NCBI GenBank assembly: GCA_051251855.1
Contig: JBPOGI010000002.1
Span: 749,605 to 813,604 of the forward strand
Reading direction: 5' to 3'
DNA from: Roseibacillus sp.
Lineage (GTDB): Bacteria > Verrucomicrobiota > Verrucomicrobiia > Verrucomicrobiales > Akkermansiaceae
Length of the DNA stretch: 64,000 bases
In this document: piece after piece, positions 25,463 through 35,764 of the stretch
Position numbering within the stretch: position 1 is the first letter of the stretch
Layout: each line of letters starts with the position of its first letter
Position numbers and translations under genes: made by a program
Notes under the pieces: generated by a model
What the model was told of the DNA's origin: nothing
The model's database searches: none
The model's input: only the letters and a program-made list of their open reading frames with translations

Positions 25463-27584
25463 TGGCGTTTTCGATTTCGGCGAGGGTTTCGCTGACGTCG
25501 ATGGGCGGGTGGAGGACGCGGAGATGCAAGACGTAGTGACCTCCTTCGACGGGAGTTTGCGCTAGAATGAGACGGATGGGGCCGCGTTGAAGGTCGGCTT
25601 CGGACTCGTCAGAGGCGATGTTCCAATTGGTATCAAGGAGTTGTTTGAGAACTCGTGCCCTTGGCTCCGAGTCGCTCAAAGGATAATCGCGCCGGGTCTT
25701 TTTTTCGAGAGGATCGTGGTTGGGGACCGGGGCTTGCCAACTAGAGGTTGGTCCACCGTTTTCCTTGCGCGTTTCCCGGCGTTGATAGCGGGCAAGCCAT
25801 TCAGTGCCCTTTCTGATGAAACGGTTCAACCGGGTATCGAAAGCGCGCGATAGCGGGCGCGTCGGCATGTGGGTGAGATGAAGGATTTGAAAGGGAGCTT
25901 CTCCCATTGGTCCGTGATAGATGACCGAATTATGGTCAACCGTTAAGGGCGCTCCCGAGTAAATGAATCCCTGCCAGCGAATGCCGTTGGAGCCGAAGCG
26001 CTCAGGGTGTTTTTGGAATAGCAGCGCCTCTGCTTCGCCGTAGCCACGTTGTTGGCGAAGAAAGCCTTTGATGGTGGGGCGGCGGTCATGGAAAACATAA
26101 GCGGCAGGATGGAAGGCGAGTTCGTGTCCGGCATCAAGCAACCGCCAACAGACATCGACGTCATCACCGGCAGCATGGAAACGCTTGTCGAAGCCGCCAA
26201 TCTCTAACAAGAGTTCTCGACGGAGGGCGAAGTTGCACCCGGGGAGGTGTTCGGCTGTGGTGTCGTTGAAAAGTATGTGAGAGGCATTTCCGGCACAGGC
26301 CGTGACGATGGCGTTTTGGCGAGAAACCGGGGTGGGAGGAAGATTGGGGCCTCCGGCAGCGGCGGCCTTGGGGTTTTCGGCAAAGGCTTGGCGTAGGTAG
26401 TGCAGCCACTGCGGATAAGGTCGGGCGTCGTCGTCGATGTAGACAATGAACTCGCCTTTGCCTTCGCGAGCGGCGTGGTTGCGAGCGGCAGAGAGGCCGG
26501 AGGGAGGCTGGGTCAGGAGGTGGCAGTTAAGGTGACTGCCTGCGATAAATTTCTTGATGATGGTATCGGTCTCATCGGTGGAACCGTCATCAATGATGAT
26601 TAGTTCGAATTTGGGGTCTTCGATTTGTTCGAAGTGGGGGAGGTTTTTTTTCAGGCGATGGCCTCCGTCGCGGGTGCAGATGGCGATGGTGAAGAGAGGG
26701 AGGGGCGATTTCTCTTTCTTTGGTTGAGAGAATTGTTTGGAGAGGGTGGCGAGGGCAGGTTTGGCGGTGCCGTCGCGGCGGGTGAGGCCGAAGGACCAGT
26801 CGAGGATTTCGCGACCGCCATTGAACCAAAGGTCGCACCACGAATAGACTGTGAAGCCAGCGGTGCCGTGGTTTTGGGCGCTTTGAAAGGCCCACGAGAG
26901 CATCTCACTTTGCTTTTTTTCTAGGTCATGGTTGGAGAGGTTTGGGGCGCCTTCGGTCCAGGTGTTGAATCCGAATTCGGTGAGGAGGAGAGGACGGTCG
27001 CCTGCGATATTGTGGAGTCGCTGGAGGTAGCTTTCGAATTTTGACTGCTCTTCTAGGTAGACGTTGAAAGCGGTGAAGTCAGCGTTGCGGGGCTCGAGAT
27101 ATTCGGTGGTTGGGAAGTTGGCGTAGGCGTAAAGAAGAGCAGGGGCGTGCTTGCGGCATTCGGTGATGATGTCTTCAAGGACTTCGCGGACTTTGACCGG
27201 GCCCATGAAGCGAACGAGGTCGGGCCGGATTTCGTTCGCGATAAGAACGGCGGCGAGGGCGGGGTGTTTCCCATGGCGAGTGAGAAAGAGGGATAGGTCG
27301 CGCTTGGCGTCGCCAATGGTGTCTGGGTTTTCAGTGAAGAGGGAGTCGGAATACCAAGGGACGGTGGCGAAAATGACGAGGTTGTTTTGCTCGGCTAGAT
27401 CAAGTTCCTCCTTGTTGGGTGCCCCGTAGAGGCGAATGGCGTTAAAGCCGGCTGCCGAGATGCGGGGGAATTCGAGGGAAGGGTCGAGCTGTTGCTCAGG
27501 GGGGAAGGGGCCGTAGGTGACGGCGTTGACGAAGCAAGGCTTTCCCTGATTCTCGAAGAATCGACCGTTGATTGTGAGTGCCAC
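25440..27584 (-). CDS. GH2-like TIM-barrel + GT2 glycosyltransferase fusion
   Basis: N-terminal GFNAIRLY, ANE, LLTEFG; C-terminal IIIDDGSTD, ARN, YIDDD, GCNFA, GDDVDVCWR. Confidence 0.8.
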   Translation of the reverse strand: MALTINGRFFENQGKPCFVNAVTYGPFPPEQQLDPSLEFPRISAAGFNAIRLYGAPNKEELDLAEQNNLVIFATVPWYSDSLFTENPDTIGDAKRDLSLFLTRHGKHPALAAVLIANEIRPDLVRFMGPVKVREVLEDIITECRKHAPALLYAYANFPTTEYLEPRNADFTAFNVYLEEQSKFESYLQRLHNIAGDRPLLLTEFGFNTWTEGAPNLSNHDLEKKQSEMLSWAFQSAQNHGTAGFTVYSWCDLWFNGGREILDWSFGLTRRDGTAKPALATLSKQFSQPKKEKSPLPLFTIAICTRDGGHRLKKNLPHFEQIEDPKFELIIIDDGSTDETDTIIKKFIAGSHLNCHLLTQPPSGLSAARNHAAREGKGEFIVYIDDDARPYPQWLHYLRQAFAENPKAAAAGGPNLPPTPVSRQNAIVTACAGNASHILFNDTTAEHLPGCNFALRRELLLEIGGFDKRFHAAGDDVDVCWRLLDAGHELAFHPAAYVFHDRRPTIKGFLRQQRGYGEAEALLFQKHPERFGSNGIRWQGFIYSGAPLTVDHNSVIYHGPMGEAPFQILHLTHMPTRPLSRAFDTRLNRFIRKGTEWLARYQRRETRKENGGPTSSWQAPVPNHDPLEKKTRRDYPLSDSEPRARVLKQLLDTNWNIASDESEADLQRGPIRLILAQTPVEGGHYVLHLRVLHPPIDVSETLAEIENAITQSPSS

Positions 27585-27653
27585 TGCGGAAGCATCAGGT
27601 ATGTGCGCTCAAAGGTCCAACCTTGAGCGCGTGATGCAGGGGAATGAGAGAGG

Positions 27654-27944
27654 TTAGACGCCTTTTTTGCTGCGAGTGCGGGCTTCGGCTAGGATTTCGA
27701 GGTAGAAAGACACTTTCTCTTCTTTCTCGGCAGCATCGATTTTCGTGAAAATTTCAGCTTCGTGAATGGGAGCTTTTGATTCTGGGGTTTCGCCGAATTG
27801 GCAGTTGAAGCCCCAGAAATCGAAGCCTTCGGGGAGCTTTTTGCCGCGCTCCCGTTTGATGTATTTGTTGATTTCACCTTTGGCCGCTTCGACTTTTCGG
27901 GCGGGTTTGATTTTGGGATGAGTGAGGGTGAAAGTCTTTTTCAT
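27654..27944 (-). CDS. small conserved hypothetical protein (DUF6172-like)
   Basis: Start moved to ATG 27944; KYIKRER.KKLPEG.DFW.F.C.FG...FYLEILA. Confidence 0.7.
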   Translation of the reverse strand: MKKTFTLTHPKIKPARKVEAAKGEINKYIKRERGKKLPEGFDFWGFNCQFGETPESKAPIHEAEIFTKIDAAEKEEKVSFYLEILAEARTRSKKGV

Positions 27945-28034
27945 GGTTGTTGAGGAGTCTTGTGACCGTGGGTCGCGGGCAACAAGTGTTTCTTGATTTT
28001 TAATTGGGATGATTTGGGCGCTGAGAGGCATGAG

Positions 28035-29225
28035 CTACTGGGCGTGGTAGGCGGCGGTTGAGGTGGAAGTGGTGCTGGGGGGGATCTCGACGAAGCCGCT
28101 GGCGGAGAGGGGGCTGGTGGTGTCGCCGGAGTTTTGGGGGGTGATGAGTTGGAGTTGGCCGTTGGGTTGGAGGATGGCGGGGAGGAAGAGGGTGAGCTTG
28201 GGGTGGGGTTGTTGGGGGCTCGTGAGCGGAAGGGTGATGGGTTCGGGAATGGCGTGGCCTGCTAGGAGGTGGAGGGCGGGGCGGACGTAGCGGAGGAAGG
28301 TGGTGTGGGTGGAGTTGGGGTTGCCGGGGAGGGCGAAGAGGGGTGGGTTTTTGCTACTAGGTTTCCAGTAGGCGAGAGGTTTGCCGGGGCGTTGGGCGAT
28401 GCCGTGGAAGGTGGGTGGACCGATGAGGGATTCGAGGGCGGGGCGGATGAAGTCTTTTTTGCCTTTGGAAATGCCGCCAGAGAGGAGGATGAGGTCGGAG
28501 GAGGTGAGGGCTTGTTCGAGGGCGGCGATGGTGAGGTCGAGGTCGTCGGGGAGGTGTTGGACTTGGATGGACCGGTTCGTTGGGGCGGCTTGCAAAGCCA
28601 CGCTCCTGAGGACGGTGCCGTTGGATTGGCGGAGTTGGTGCGGGAGGGGTGACTGGTCGGGTGGGACGAGTTCGTCACCGGTGGTGAGGATGGTGATGCG
28701 CGGGTGGCGGGTGACGGTGAGTTCGGTGGCGCCGATGGTGGCGGCGAGGCCGAGGTGGGAGGGGGTGAGGACTGTTCCGGGATTGAGGAGTGTCGTGCCA
28801 GCGGGACTGTCGGAGCCTTGGCGGTGGATGAACTGACCGGGTTGGGGATTGGCAGCGGGTGAGAGGGTGGCGTGGGTTTCGGAGAGGGTGAGTTCTTCGA
28901 TGGGAATGATGGTCTCGCAGTCGGGAGGGAGGACGGCGCCGGTCATGATTTGCCAGCAGTGGGCGGGTTTGAGTTTTTCGGGAATGGGGGAGCCGGCGGG
29001 GTGGAGGCCTTGGATGGTGAGGGGGCCGAGGGAGAGGTCGGTTGATCGGCAAGCGATGCCATCCATGGTGACGCGGTCAAAGGGTGGGAAGTCGCGGTCG
29101 GCGACGAGGCTTTCCCGCAGGGTTCGGCCGAGGGCGCTGTCGAAGGGGACTTGTTCGGCTGGGAGGGGCGTGATGTGCTCGCGAATGTGAGCGTCGGCTT
29201 GAGCAGGAGTGATGAGCGGATTCAT
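28035..29225 (-). CDS. moeA: molybdopterin molybdotransferase
   Basis: PPFDRVTMDG, IMTGAVLP, TGDEL, SGGISKG, QRPGKP, LPGNP. Confidence 0.93.
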   Translation of the reverse strand: MNPLITPAQADAHIREHITPLPAEQVPFDSALGRTLRESLVADRDFPPFDRVTMDGIACRSTDLSLGPLTIQGLHPAGSPIPEKLKPAHCWQIMTGAVLPPDCETIIPIEELTLSETHATLSPAANPQPGQFIHRQGSDSPAGTTLLNPGTVLTPSHLGLAATIGATELTVTRHPRITILTTGDELVPPDQSPLPHQLRQSNGTVLRSVALQAAPTNRSIQVQHLPDDLDLTIAALEQALTSSDLILLSGGISKGKKDFIRPALESLIGPPTFHGIAQRPGKPLAYWKPSSKNPPLFALPGNPNSTHTTFLRYVRPALHLLAGHAIPEPITLPLTSPQQPHPKLTLFLPAILQPNGQLQLITPQNSGDTTSPLSASGFVEIPPSTTSTSTAAYHAQ

Positions 29226-29246
29226 GGGAGGCGTGTTTGAAGGCTG

Positions 29247-29867
29247 TTAGGCTGGGCGCTCGATTTCGAAAAGGTCTTGGGTGTGGGTATACCAGTCGGG
29301 GGAGGCCATGCGTCCGACGGGGGTCCAGTCTTTCTGGTCCAAGTGGTAGTTCGTGGGGTCGAGGAGCCCGTCTTTGGCAAAGATGTGTTGCACGACGCCG
29401 ATGACGAGGCGGTTGGTTCCGATTTCGATGGTTTGGTGTTCGGTGCACTCGAGGGCGACGGGACATTCTTTGATGCGAGGAGGAGCGACGCGGAGAGAGG
29501 GGGTGGTGGTCAGTCCGGCGGCTTCGAGTTCGCTTTCGCCATCGGGGAGGGAGGCGGAGGTGGCGACCATGGCGTCGGCGAGTTCGGGCGGGACGAGGTG
29601 AATGACGAATTCGCGGTTTTCGCGAATGTTGCGGGCGGTGTCTTTGGCGATGGCGGGTTGGCCGTTTTTGGCGGGTGCTTTGTTGCCGGGGGCGAAAGCG
29701 ACGAGGGGTGGGTTGGAGCCGAAGACGTTGAAAAAGGAAAAGGGGGCGGCATTGACGCGGCCGAGGTTGTCGACAGTCGTGACCCAGGCAATGGGGCGGG
29801 GAGTGACGAGGGAGGAGAGAATTTTATAGCGGTCGGAGGGTTTGAGCGCAGGGAGGTCGATTTCCAT
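29247..29867 (-). CDS. flavin reductase-like (FMN split-barrel) protein
   Basis: PRPIAWVTT, NAAPFSFFN, KDTARNI. Confidence 0.88.
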   Translation of the reverse strand: MEIDLPALKPSDRYKILSSLVTPRPIAWVTTVDNLGRVNAAPFSFFNVFGSNPPLVAFAPGNKAPAKNGQPAIAKDTARNIRENREFVIHLVPPELADAMVATSASLPDGESELEAAGLTTTPSLRVAPPRIKECPVALECTEHQTIEIGTNRLVIGVVQHIFAKDGLLDPTNYHLDQKDWTPVGRMASPDWYTHTQDLFEIERPA

Positions 29868-29948
29868 GGGGGGAGAATAGGCCGCCAGTAGGAAATTTCA
29901 CTTCGTTACTTCAAAAAGTGGAGGGGAACTGTCCTTGAAGGAGCATTA

Positions 29949-29965
29949 TGTGACGAAACTGTCAC
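29949..29965 (+). promoter_or_regulatory. TGTGAC-N6-GTCAC motif (Pho-box-like), copy 1
   Basis: TGTGACGAAACTGTCAC upstream of the TonB-dependent receptor. Confidence 0.65.
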
Positions 29966-30016
29966 CGGTGGAGGCGCGATATTCGGGGTGGGTTCAGTTT
30001 GTATCTCGGTCAATTT

Positions 30017-33000
30017 ATGCAGCAATCCGTTGGCGGCAGAATGGGCGCGCTCCTTTCCTCTGTTTTATCTTTTTCCCGTGCATGGACTCTTGCTTTGGTG
30101 CTGGTGCTTGGATGTTTGCTGAGCCTTCCTTTGATTTTGGCTGATGAGGATTTAGAGGAGAAGACGGAAGAAGGGTTCGATAGGGAAGTTGCTGAGTTAA
30201 CCGAGGGAGAGCTTGGGGAGGAAGTGGGGGAAGTGGAGCTGGGCGAAGAGATGCCTTTGGATGAAGAAGTGAGCGAGGAAGAAGGAAACGTTTTGGCGGA
30301 GGTGGGAGAGGAAGGTGGGAGGGAATTTTTTGACGATGAAATTGGTGAGCTTGAGGAGTCGGAAGTCACGAAGGAGAAAGCCGGGGACAAGGCGGTTGTT
30401 CAGGAACTTTCTTTGGAAAAAGGTCAAATGGAAAGCCAAGGAGGAAAGCAAGGGGCACTTACTGAAGGAGGGGCGACAGCGGACAGCGGCGATGAAGTGA
30501 TGCCTAGGTCCGATGATGAACTATTGAGCCAATTGGAAGCGGAGAGCGAAGAGCCTTCCTCAGAAATGGGGGTGGCGGTGAGCTCTTCGGAATCGATTCC
30601 GCTTCCGAAGAAGGCGCCGGGAGATTCTGAGGGTGGACCTAACGAGCTCTTGCCGCAGATGGAAGGCATCTTAGGAGAGGTCTTTGGGCCCAATGGAGAA
30701 GGATTGCCGGGGGTGGTGGTGAGCATTCCTGCGATGGATCGTTCGACTCGTGCGGACCAAGAGGGTGAGTTTGGCTTTGCGGATCTGCCTGCGGCGGAGT
30801 TGGTGATTCAGTTCAATAAGTTGGGTTACAAAGTGGCGAGCCGGACTGTGATTCTCAAAGAAGGGGAGTCGGTTGAAATCAGTCAGGCGATGGAAGAGCA
30901 GCCAGTCGAATATGATGACGGTGAATACGAGATGGATGAGGTGGAAGTGGTGGGGGAGTATGTCGAGGAGGAGAAGGCGGAGATTGTCTTCGATGACGTG
31001 GCGGGAGGAATCAAGTTGGAGGCCTCCATCGGGCAGGTGGAATTTACCAAGAAAAATATCAGCACGGCGGCGGATGCGATTGCGAAGATTTCGGGAGCGA
31101 ATGTGGTCGATGGCAAGCGTCCGGTGGTGCGAGGTTTGGCGGACCGCTACATTACGACCACCTTTAATGGAGGCAGTGTGGCTTCGACGACGCCTTTGCG
31201 GAAGGCGGTCGAGCTGGACCTCTTTCCCACCAGCGTGATTCAGGAGATTAAGATCAACAAGGTCTACAATGCCACTCTGCCCGGGGACTTTGGAGGAGCG
31301 GCGATTGATATTGTTTCGAGAAATTTTCCTGAGGAACGAACCTTTAGCTTCAAGGTGGACTCAGGATTCAATGACAACTGGGTGGGGGATGATTTCTTTG
31401 TGAGCCAAGCTCCGGAGTTGGACTTTTGGGGGAATGCCGACTTTCCGGATTACCGAGCGATTCTTGGAGCGGCCGAGGGGGCGACTGCGGAAGAACGAGC
31501 CCTCATTTGGGGGGAAGCGGTGAGAACGCATAATTTTCTTCCTGAGAAAGATAACCAACAGATGGACCTGGGATTTTCTCTCAACTACGGTGATTCCTTT
31601 GATGTGGGGCGAAGTGGAAAGTTCGGGGTCGTCCTTGCAGTGTCTCACGATAACGAAGACCGGGCGATTGTGGGCGGGCTGGTGGATCGGGGTGATAGTG
31701 GGGGGCGCTATCTTTTTGATGATTTTCAGCGCACTGTGGACTGGAGCTCGATGCTGGGATTAACTTGGCAGGTTTCAGATGCCCATGAATTGAAGGCGAC
31801 GTTTTTCAAGAAGCATGTCGGGACCAGTCTGGCCCGTAATCTTTACAATTGGGAAGACCCTGCGGGAGAGTTTGAGATTACCCGTGAGTTGGTAACGGAG
31901 TCTAACAATGGAGGACTGTATGCTTCGATTGGAGGAAACGTTGCTGAAGTATTGGGAGGGAATTTCTGGGGGATTATTCAAGATGAAAACTCGCTGGAGA
32001 TTGTGCAGTTGGCAGGACGTCATAAGCTCTTTGGAGACTCACTGGACGATGAGGATGGGGCACTGTTTGAGTGGGCGCTGACCCGGACCGAAAATGAAAT
32101 TGTCACCGATACGAGTGTAACCCGCCGCATTGAGTTGGACTTTGATAGTGCCGCGGTGCGCGAAGCCTCGGCGGGAGCGGGTTTGACTGTGGACCAGTTT
32201 ACGGTGGATACGCGGTTTGCCGGCGATGCTCAGAGCCTTGCCCAGTCGACCTATCTCAAGCCCCGCTTCGGAAACGCCACCGATCGACCTCTGAGTAGCG
32301 CGGATGTCGCTTCCATCCAATCGTGGAGTGACTTGGAGAGTTTGCTTTTGAATGCGGGGGTGAGCACCAACGCTTTGGATACTTATAACAACAGCCTCGC
32401 TGGAGCTCTTGATGGTGCTAATCAGCCTCGGACCGACTACGACCCTTCTCGTGGGACTGCTTTTGCGATCTACAATGGAGTGACGCCCAATCAGCTGAAG
32501 TCTTTTAAAGAAAATTTCACGCAGTTCGAGCGGACGGAGAACTTCAAGACGGACTTTACCTTTCCTTTCCTCCTTGGGGGGAGTGAGCTCGAGAGTCGGC
32601 TGACCCTGAGAACAGGGATTAATTATGAACGTCGGAATCGTAGTGAGCGGGCGATCGAAGTTGCGGTGGATAATCAGCGCTGGGGACAGGTGGCTTCGGA
32701 TGATGTTCTGACTCCGGGTTCTGATCCCAGTGGAGGGTATTCGCAGATTTTTATCGATACTGCCAACAGTTCGAATGGTACCGCTCCCATTCTTGACCCG
32801 ACCCTTGAGCCGGGGAGCGCAGTTTCTGAGGCTCGGGACATCGATGCGGAAGTGATTACCACTGGTTATTATGGTGATGCGGAGTACCGAAGCGGCGACT
32901 TCGTCTTTCGAGTAGGGGGCCGGCATGAACAAGTGGACAGAAGCTATGTTCTGTTAGGTTTTGGCGATGGCAGTGGGGGGCAGAGCCAAAATAAGGCAAA

Positions 33001-33811
33001 CATTTTTGGGGCGAGCGCAGGCTATACGTTCTCGAACGATTTGAGCTTCCTCGTCGGGATGTCGAATACGGTTGCTCGCCCGGTAGTGAAGGAGACTTTA
33101 CCCGTGAGACAAGTCAATCAGGAAGATGGTTCCACCTTTCGAGGGAACGCGGAGCTACAAGATGCGGAGATTCAAAACTTGGATCTCTCGCTGGTTTTTC
33201 CAGAGTATAATGGAATCAACAGTAGACTATCGCTTTTTCACAAGAAGCTTACGGGGCCTCCGGTCTACATCGATAATGCGGGAGATGTCACTATCGCGAA
33301 TGGAGACTCGGGATTGATTCGAGGGTTGGAATTCGAGACTGAGGTCGATCTGATGGGGCCGTTTTCTTTCGATTTGAACTATGCTTATATTCAAGGGGAT
33401 TTGAAGTATGGAGGGTTGTCGACCTCGTCGGTGCCGGGTGAGGATTTAGTATCAACGTTCCCAGAGCAGCCGCGGCATGTTCTCAATATGAGTCTGGGCT
33501 ATGAGAGCGAGGATTTGGGGCTCAATGTAAATTTGGCTTACAACTATGTCAGCGAGTATGTTGTGACTTTGCCATCGACTTCGAATGGCGCTTTTCAGAT
33601 GAAGCAACCTTCGCCCAAGCTTGATTTGGTCTTCACGAAAAATTTCGAAGTTTATGACAGTGACCTTGTTCTGGGTTTTGCGATGAAGAACATTCTTGGC
33701 TCCAACGATGAGGTTTGGAACGTGGGCTATCAGGACAATGGGTTCCAAGGAATTCGGTCGGAATATAGCCCTGGCCGGAACTTTAGCTTTTGGCTGAAGT
33801 CGACTTTCTAA
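30017..33811 (+). CDS. TonB-dependent receptor with acidic N-terminal extension and carboxypeptidase-regulatory-like domain
   Basis: Signal peptide (start 30017 or 30041); plug VVRGLADRY...LDLFP...LPGDFGGAAIDI; TVARP...GNAEL; C-terminal Phe. Confidence 0.88.
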   Translation: MQQSVGGRMGALLSSVLSFSRAWTLALVLVLGCLLSLPLILADEDLEEKTEEGFDREVAELTEGELGEEVGEVELGEEMPLDEEVSEEEGNVLAEVGEEGGREFFDDEIGELEESEVTKEKAGDKAVVQELSLEKGQMESQGGKQGALTEGGATADSGDEVMPRSDDELLSQLEAESEEPSSEMGVAVSSSESIPLPKKAPGDSEGGPNELLPQMEGILGEVFGPNGEGLPGVVVSIPAMDRSTRADQEGEFGFADLPAAELVIQFNKLGYKVASRTVILKEGESVEISQAMEEQPVEYDDGEYEMDEVEVVGEYVEEEKAEIVFDDVAGGIKLEASIGQVEFTKKNISTAADAIAKISGANVVDGKRPVVRGLADRYITTTFNGGSVASTTPLRKAVELDLFPTSVIQEIKINKVYNATLPGDFGGAAIDIVSRNFPEERTFSFKVDSGFNDNWVGDDFFVSQAPELDFWGNADFPDYRAILGAAEGATAEERALIWGEAVRTHNFLPEKDNQQMDLGFSLNYGDSFDVGRSGKFGVVLAVSHDNEDRAIVGGLVDRGDSGGRYLFDDFQRTVDWSSMLGLTWQVSDAHELKATFFKKHVGTSLARNLYNWEDPAGEFEITRELVTESNNGGLYASIGGNVAEVLGGNFWGIIQDENSLEIVQLAGRHKLFGDSLDDEDGALFEWALTRTENEIVTDTSVTRRIELDFDSAAVREASAGAGLTVDQFTVDTRFAGDAQSLAQSTYLKPRFGNATDRPLSSADVASIQSWSDLESLLLNAGVSTNALDTYNNSLAGALDGANQPRTDYDPSRGTAFAIYNGVTPNQLKSFKENFTQFERTENFKTDFTFPFLLGGSELESRLTLRTGINYERRNRSERAIEVAVDNQRWGQVASDDVLTPGSDPSGGYSQIFIDTANSSNGTAPILDPTLEPGSAVSEARDIDAEVITTGYYGDAEYRSGDFVFRVGGRHEQVDRSYVLLGFGDGSGGQSQNKANIFGASAGYTFSNDLSFLVGMSNTVARPVVKETLPVRQVNQEDGSTFRGNAELQDAEIQNLDLSLVFPEYNGINSRLSLFHKKLTGPPVYIDNAGDVTIANGDSGLIRGLEFETEVDLMGPFSFDLNYAYIQGDLKYGGLSTSSVPGEDLVSTFPEQPRHVLNMSLGYESEDLGLNVNLAYNYVSEYVVTLPSTSNGAFQMKQPSPKLDLVFTKNFEVYDSDLVLGFAMKNILGSNDEVWNVGYQDNGFQGIRSEYSPGRNFSFWLKSTF

Positions 33812-33826
33812 GAGGCGGTCTCCCAA

Positions 33827-33844
33827 TGTGACCAATTTGTCACA
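33827..33844 (+). promoter_or_regulatory. TGTGAC-N6-GTCAC motif, copy 2
   Basis: TGTGACCAATTTGTCACA, with a possible -10 TAGTTT at 33876. Confidence 0.65.
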
Positions 33845-33923
33845 CCGGTCTTCTCGACGAAGAAACAGGTATCCCTAGTTTGCGGGCGGTCCCAGACGTG
33901 GCCGTATTCGAAGATAAAAAACT

Positions 33924-35669
33924 ATGAACTCAAAAAGGATAATTTGCAGAACGCTGCTTTCATTCGGTTTGGTGACAAGCTCCGGCTTTTCCCAGACTCT
34001 TGTGAATTTGCTGCCAGACGATGTTGATATTTCTGCATCATTGACGACCTCCAAGCAGGTCGGAACGACTGTGGGGGCGGAGGCGTTTGTGGACGCTATT
34101 GCGACCGACACGACTTTCACTTCTGATAAAACTTACATCTTGAAGGATACCGTTTATGTGACCGATGGGGCGAAGTTGACCATCGAGGCTGGAACCAAGA
34201 TTTACGGTGCTTCTTATGAAAATGGGGCGGGCACCGCTGATAACCAATTGGGTTCTATCGTGGTGACGCGGGGGGCTCAAATCGAGGTTCTGGGAACAGC
34301 TACAAGTCCGGTGTTGATGACTACTCTCGATGCTTTGGAAGCGGAGCGGGGTAACGATATCGACGATGATTCTTTGACTGCGGCTGCTCCTACTGCGGAG
34401 ACCGCTGGCCGTTGGGGTGGCTTGGTTGTGCTTGGAAACGCTTTCGTGGCGAACTGGAGCGACCCTGATTCCACTGCTGGAAACGGTGATGAGTTCAACC
34501 GCTTTGAGAAGTCAATCGAAGGCTTCGCGGGAGCAAACTTCGACGATGCGGACAGTGATGGCTTCAGTGACATCATCGAGTATGGAAGCGATGCCAACAG
34601 CAACGCGGCCACCCTTGCAACGAACAATGCCGAGAGCTCAGGTATCATCCAGTATCTCTCGATTCGTCACGGTGGCTTCGCCCTTGCAGACGGCAATGAA
34701 ATTAACGGCTTGACCCTCGGTGGAGTGGGAAGTGGAACCGTCATCGACCACGTTGAGGTTGTTTCCAATGCTGATGATGGTGTCGAGTTCTTCGGCGGCA
34801 CCGTGAGCACCAGCCACATGGTAGTGAGCTTCACTCAGGACGATGCCTTTGACATCGACCAGGGTCACAGCGGAACGCACCAGTTCTGGTTTGCGATTTA
34901 CGATTCCACCGACGGTGACCACGGCGGTGAGTGGGACGGAGTGGATGGTTACAAGGCTGATGGTCTTGGAAACTCTTCTCCAGTCATCCTCAATGCGACC
35001 TTCTTGGACGCAGGGAACTCGTCTTCGACAGAGGGCATTAAGTTCGATGACTACTTCGATGGCTTCCTGGTGAACAACGCGATTAGTGAATTCGGATCGA
35101 CCTTCGACCACGCGGGTGACGGATTCGGAGCTAATGTCGGCGTGTTCAACAACGTCTTCGGTGGCGCTTCGGATGCGAATAGCTACGACGCGAGCAACAG
35201 CTTCAACGCTGCTTTAGGCCTCACCAGTGTGAGTGCTCTTCCTAACGGCTTGTTGGACCCACGTCCGACGAGCAGCTCAATTCTCCTTGATTCAAACGGC
35301 ACCGCCTTTGATGAGAGTGTGATTCCTGGTGCTGCAGTGGTTGATTACCGGGGAGCATTCAGCGCGACGGACCTTTGGGCCGATGGCTGGACCTTCCTCT
35401 CGGATAAGGGTTATTTCCCAGCAGAATCGAGTGACATTGAGATTGTGAGCTGTGCGAAAGTCGGAGGGAACTTCGAGATATCCTTCAATGGTGAGGTTGG
35501 AAAGACCTATCGCATCACCTACTCAACCACGCTTGCGGACGACTTCGTGAATGTGGTGTCAGGGCAGACTGGAATTGTCGGCGGTGCAGGTGTTTCCCGC
35601 ACGTTCCCCATCCCAGGAGCAGCTGCGAAAATCTTCTTCCGTATCGAAGAAGAAGTGCCCGCTCCCTAA
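33924..35669 (+). CDS. secreted acidic beta-helix-like protein accompanying the TBDR
   Basis: Signal peptide; LTIEAGT, WGGLVVLG, EINGLTLGGVGSGT, DDGVEFFGGTV, DDAFDID. Confidence 0.8.
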   Translation: MNSKRIICRTLLSFGLVTSSGFSQTLVNLLPDDVDISASLTTSKQVGTTVGAEAFVDAIATDTTFTSDKTYILKDTVYVTDGAKLTIEAGTKIYGASYENGAGTADNQLGSIVVTRGAQIEVLGTATSPVLMTTLDALEAERGNDIDDDSLTAAAPTAETAGRWGGLVVLGNAFVANWSDPDSTAGNGDEFNRFEKSIEGFAGANFDDADSDGFSDIIEYGSDANSNAATLATNNAESSGIIQYLSIRHGGFALADGNEINGLTLGGVGSGTVIDHVEVVSNADDGVEFFGGTVSTSHMVVSFTQDDAFDIDQGHSGTHQFWFAIYDSTDGDHGGEWDGVDGYKADGLGNSSPVILNATFLDAGNSSSTEGIKFDDYFDGFLVNNAISEFGSTFDHAGDGFGANVGVFNNVFGGASDANSYDASNSFNAALGLTSVSALPNGLLDPRPTSSSILLDSNGTAFDESVIPGAAVVDYRGAFSATDLWADGWTFLSDKGYFPAESSDIEIVSCAKVGGNFEISFNGEVGKTYRITYSTTLADDFVNVVSGQTGIVGGAGVSRTFPIPGAAAKIFFRIEEEVPAP

Positions 35670-35709
35670 GACAGAAAACTCTTATCTGCATTCTGGCAGG
35701 TAATCCAAC

Positions 35710-35749
35710 AGAGCCACTCCCTTTGGTCGGGGAGTGGCTCTCTTTTTTT
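35710..35749 (+). terminator. rho-independent terminator
   Basis: AGAGCCACTCCC / GGGAGTGGCTCT 12-bp stem followed by T7. Confidence 0.9.
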
Positions 35750-35764
35750 CGCAAAGGGTTGTTT

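Noticed and set aside
29949..29965. CRP/FNR site interpretation of the TGTGA...TCAC motif
   Set aside because: The spacer is 8 bp in all three copies, not 6.
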